DNA of 64,000 nt from Centroscyllium fabricii (Eukaryota), in contig JBNRSN020000010.1 of assembly GCA_051313645.2 (NCBI GenBank), positions 182,032,001-182,096,000 on the forward strand. Reading direction: 5' to 3'. The notes beneath the pieces are model-generated. The model worked only from the letters and a program-made list of their open reading frames with translations, searched no databases and was not told where the DNA came from. Made by a program: the position numbers and the translations under genes. Of the stretch, positions 61,341 through 64,000 are shown piece by piece; position 1 is the first letter of the stretch; every line of letters starts with the position of its first letter.

Positions 61341-64000
61341 TGACGTATCGTCAATACCTTCGATTAAAAGAGTCGACGAGTAGTTACCGAAACTAAAGGC
61401 TTTTAATTGCTAAGAACGGAGCTACCCTCCGGAACGAACTACAGTACAGGAATGAAGGAGCCTCGGTCAGATCTCACCTATAACGGGGCCTCACCTGGGG
61501 GAGGAGTTGGAGGTGTGGCTGACCTGGCTCCCAACAGTGTCACAGTATACAGGGCTGTGCCTAACATCTGCACAGCCCATCATTAGCCATAATGGTACAG
61601 TGGTATAACAGACATACAATGGTTACCACATTCACCCCTTCTTAAAAACTTTGAGTCCGGGGGGGGTGAATGGGTCGAACAGTTCACAATAAGTCTGTCC
61701 GGCGGTCGTGTCTGCCTGGAGGACCGCCGGCGCTCCGGTGTTGGTGGTGGTGCCTCCTAGGTCGAATCGCCCGCATCTGCCGGCGCTGTGACTTCAGGTG
61801 GCGGTGGGCTCGGCTGGTCCCCGCCGTCTGGGTCGTAGTTGGGGAAACTCAGGGGCCATCGTGTGTCTGGTGGTTGATCGGCCTGCTGGCCGGCCGGGGG
61901 CTCTGCGGTGGTGATTCCTGCGGGAGCCAGGTCCCTGATGGACACGGTGTCCTCACGCCCGTCCGGGAACTGCACGAAGGCGTAGTGCGGGTTCGCGTGT
62001 AGGAGCTGTACCTTGTCCACCAGGGGGTCCGTCTTGTGGCTCCGGAAATGCCTTCTAAGCAAAACCGGCCCCGGAGTCGTCAGCCATGGTGGAAGAGCTG
62101 TCCCCGAAGTCGACCTCCTGTTGAAAGAGAAAATCAGATCGTGCGGGATGGCGTTAGTGGCAGTACATAACAGAGAGCGTATAGAGTGCAGCGCGTCTGG
62201 GAGGACTGCCTGCCAATGGGACACTGGAAGGCCTCTGGACTTGAGAGCCAGGGTGACCGCCTTCCAAATGATCCCATTCTCCCTTTCTACCTGGCCGTTC
62301 CCCCGGGGGTTATAACTGGTCGTTCTGCTCGTGGCAACCCCTCTCTGGAGCAGAAACTGGCGCAGTTCATCGCTCATGAACGATGACCCCCCGTTCGCTA
62401 TGGATGTAGCTGGGGAGACCGAAAATGGCGAACAGCGTGGTGAAGTGTTTGATCACCGTTGCGCTCGTCATGTCTGGGCAGGGGAAGGCGAAGGGGAAGC
62501 GGGAGAACTCATCCACTACCGTGAGGAAGTATGAGTTGCGGTCGGTGGAAGGGAGGGGGCCTTTGAAGTCCACGCTGAGACGTTCAAAGGGGCGGGTGGC
62601 CTTAATGAGGTGCGCCGTGTCTGGCCGGAAAAAGTGGGGTTTGCACTCGGCGCAGACAGGGCACTCTCGGGTCATAGCCTTGATCTCCGTGATGGAGTAG
62701 GGGAGGCTACGAGATTTGACGAAGTGGGCGAGTCTGGTGACACCCGGGTGGCAAAGGCGGTCGTGGAGGTCCTTCAGCCGGTCTAGCTGGGCACTGGCGC
62801 ACGTTCCCCTGGACAGTGCATCCGGGGGTTCATTGAGTTTGCCTGGTCGGTAAAGAATGTCGTACTCGTAAGTCGAGAGTTCGATCCGCCACCGCAGGAT
62901 CTTATCATTCTTGATTTTACCCCGTAGTTTATTGTTAAACATAAACGCCACCGACCGTTGGTCGGTGAGCAGGGTAAAACGCTTACCGGCCAGGTAATGA
63001 CGTCAGTAGTGCACGGCCTCCACGATGGCCTGGGCCTCCTTTTCCACTGCTGAGTGGCGAGTTTCGGGTCCCTGTAAGGTGCGGGAGAAAAACGCTACCG
63101 GCCTGCCTGCCTGATTCAGGGTGGCAGCAAGGGCAAAGTCCGAAGCGTCGCTCTCCACCTGGAAAGGGATGGATTCATCAACAGCGAGCATGGTCGCCTT
63201 GATAATATCTTCCTTTATCGTTTCGAATGCCGTTTGGGCTTCTACAGAAAGGGGGAAGACGGCAGCCTTGAGGAGTGGTCTAGCCTTATCTGCGAACTGT
63301 GGGACCCATTGTGCATAATAGGAGAAAAATCCTAGGCATCTCCTCAAGGCTTTGGGGTTGTGAGGTAGGGGCAGTTCTTGCAGGGATCGCATACGCTGTG
63401 GGTTGGGGCCGAGGAGCCCGTTTTCCACCACGTATCCGAGGATGGCGAGCCGGGCTGTATTAAAGACACATTTGTCCTTGTTATACGTGAGGTCCAGCTT
63501 GTCCGCCGTGGCGAGGAATTTGGCCAGATTGGCATCGTGGTCCTGCTGGTTGTGGCCGCAGATGGTCACGTTGTCCAGGTAAGGGAAAGTGGCCTGCAAG
63601 TCATTTTGGTCAACCATACGGTCCATCTCTCGTTGGAACACTGACACCCCGTTGGTCACGCCAAAGGGGACCCGGAGGAAGTGGTAGAGCCGACCGTTCG
63701 CCTCGAAGGCGGTGTAGGGGCGGTCGGCTTTCCGAATCGGGAGTTGGTGATACGCCGATTTAAGGTCGATCGTAGAGAACACCTTGTACTGGGTGATCTG
63801 GTTGACCATTTCCGAGATGCGGGGAAGGGGGTAGGCGTCGAGCCCGGTGTAGCGGTTGATAGTCTGGCTGTAATCGATAACCAGCCGCTGTTTTTCGCCA
63901 GACTTCACCACTACAACTTGGGCGCGCCAGGGGCTGGTGCTGGCTTCAATTATCCCCTCCTTCAGCATCCGCCCGACCTCCGACCTGATAAACGTGCGAT
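61341..64000 (-). mobile_element. Ty3/Gypsy element 3' part: RT-RNase H-integrase pseudogene, PPT and 3' LTR (61341-61630)
   Basis: ORFs 63003-63968 (RT/RH), 62367-62951 and 61757-62377 (integrase: DFKGP, YNPRGNGQVER); one stop and one frameshift; PPT aagaaggggtgaa abuts TGTGGTAACC. Confidence 0.92.

Overview
Repeat-dominated vertebrate genomic DNA. The repeat families (HE1/V-SINE, Deu-domain SINE, CR1, L2, Rex1/Babar, Penelope, Harbinger, Gypsy) indicate a cartilaginous fish, most likely a shark. I could not confidently identify a host protein-coding gene; the non-repetitive stretches look like intronic or intergenic DNA with CNE-like AT-rich blocks and two weak candidate exons. Main contents: three Ty3/Gypsy elements (a CsRn1-like 3' part at the start, a near full-length Mag-like element with apparently identical 208-bp LTRs at 43600-48155, and a YLDN-type element at the end); seven solo LTRs with clean TSDs; a ~10.2-kb nested Penelope locus (38355-48565) bounded by a 15-bp TSD and carrying minimal hammerhead-ribozyme motifs; four copies of a TA-flanked CAG...CTG MITE family, each with different internal content, three carrying NRF1-like and YY1-like motifs; Harbinger fossils with Myb/SANT remnants; and several minisatellites. 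All family assignments come from motif recognition by eye, not from database searches.
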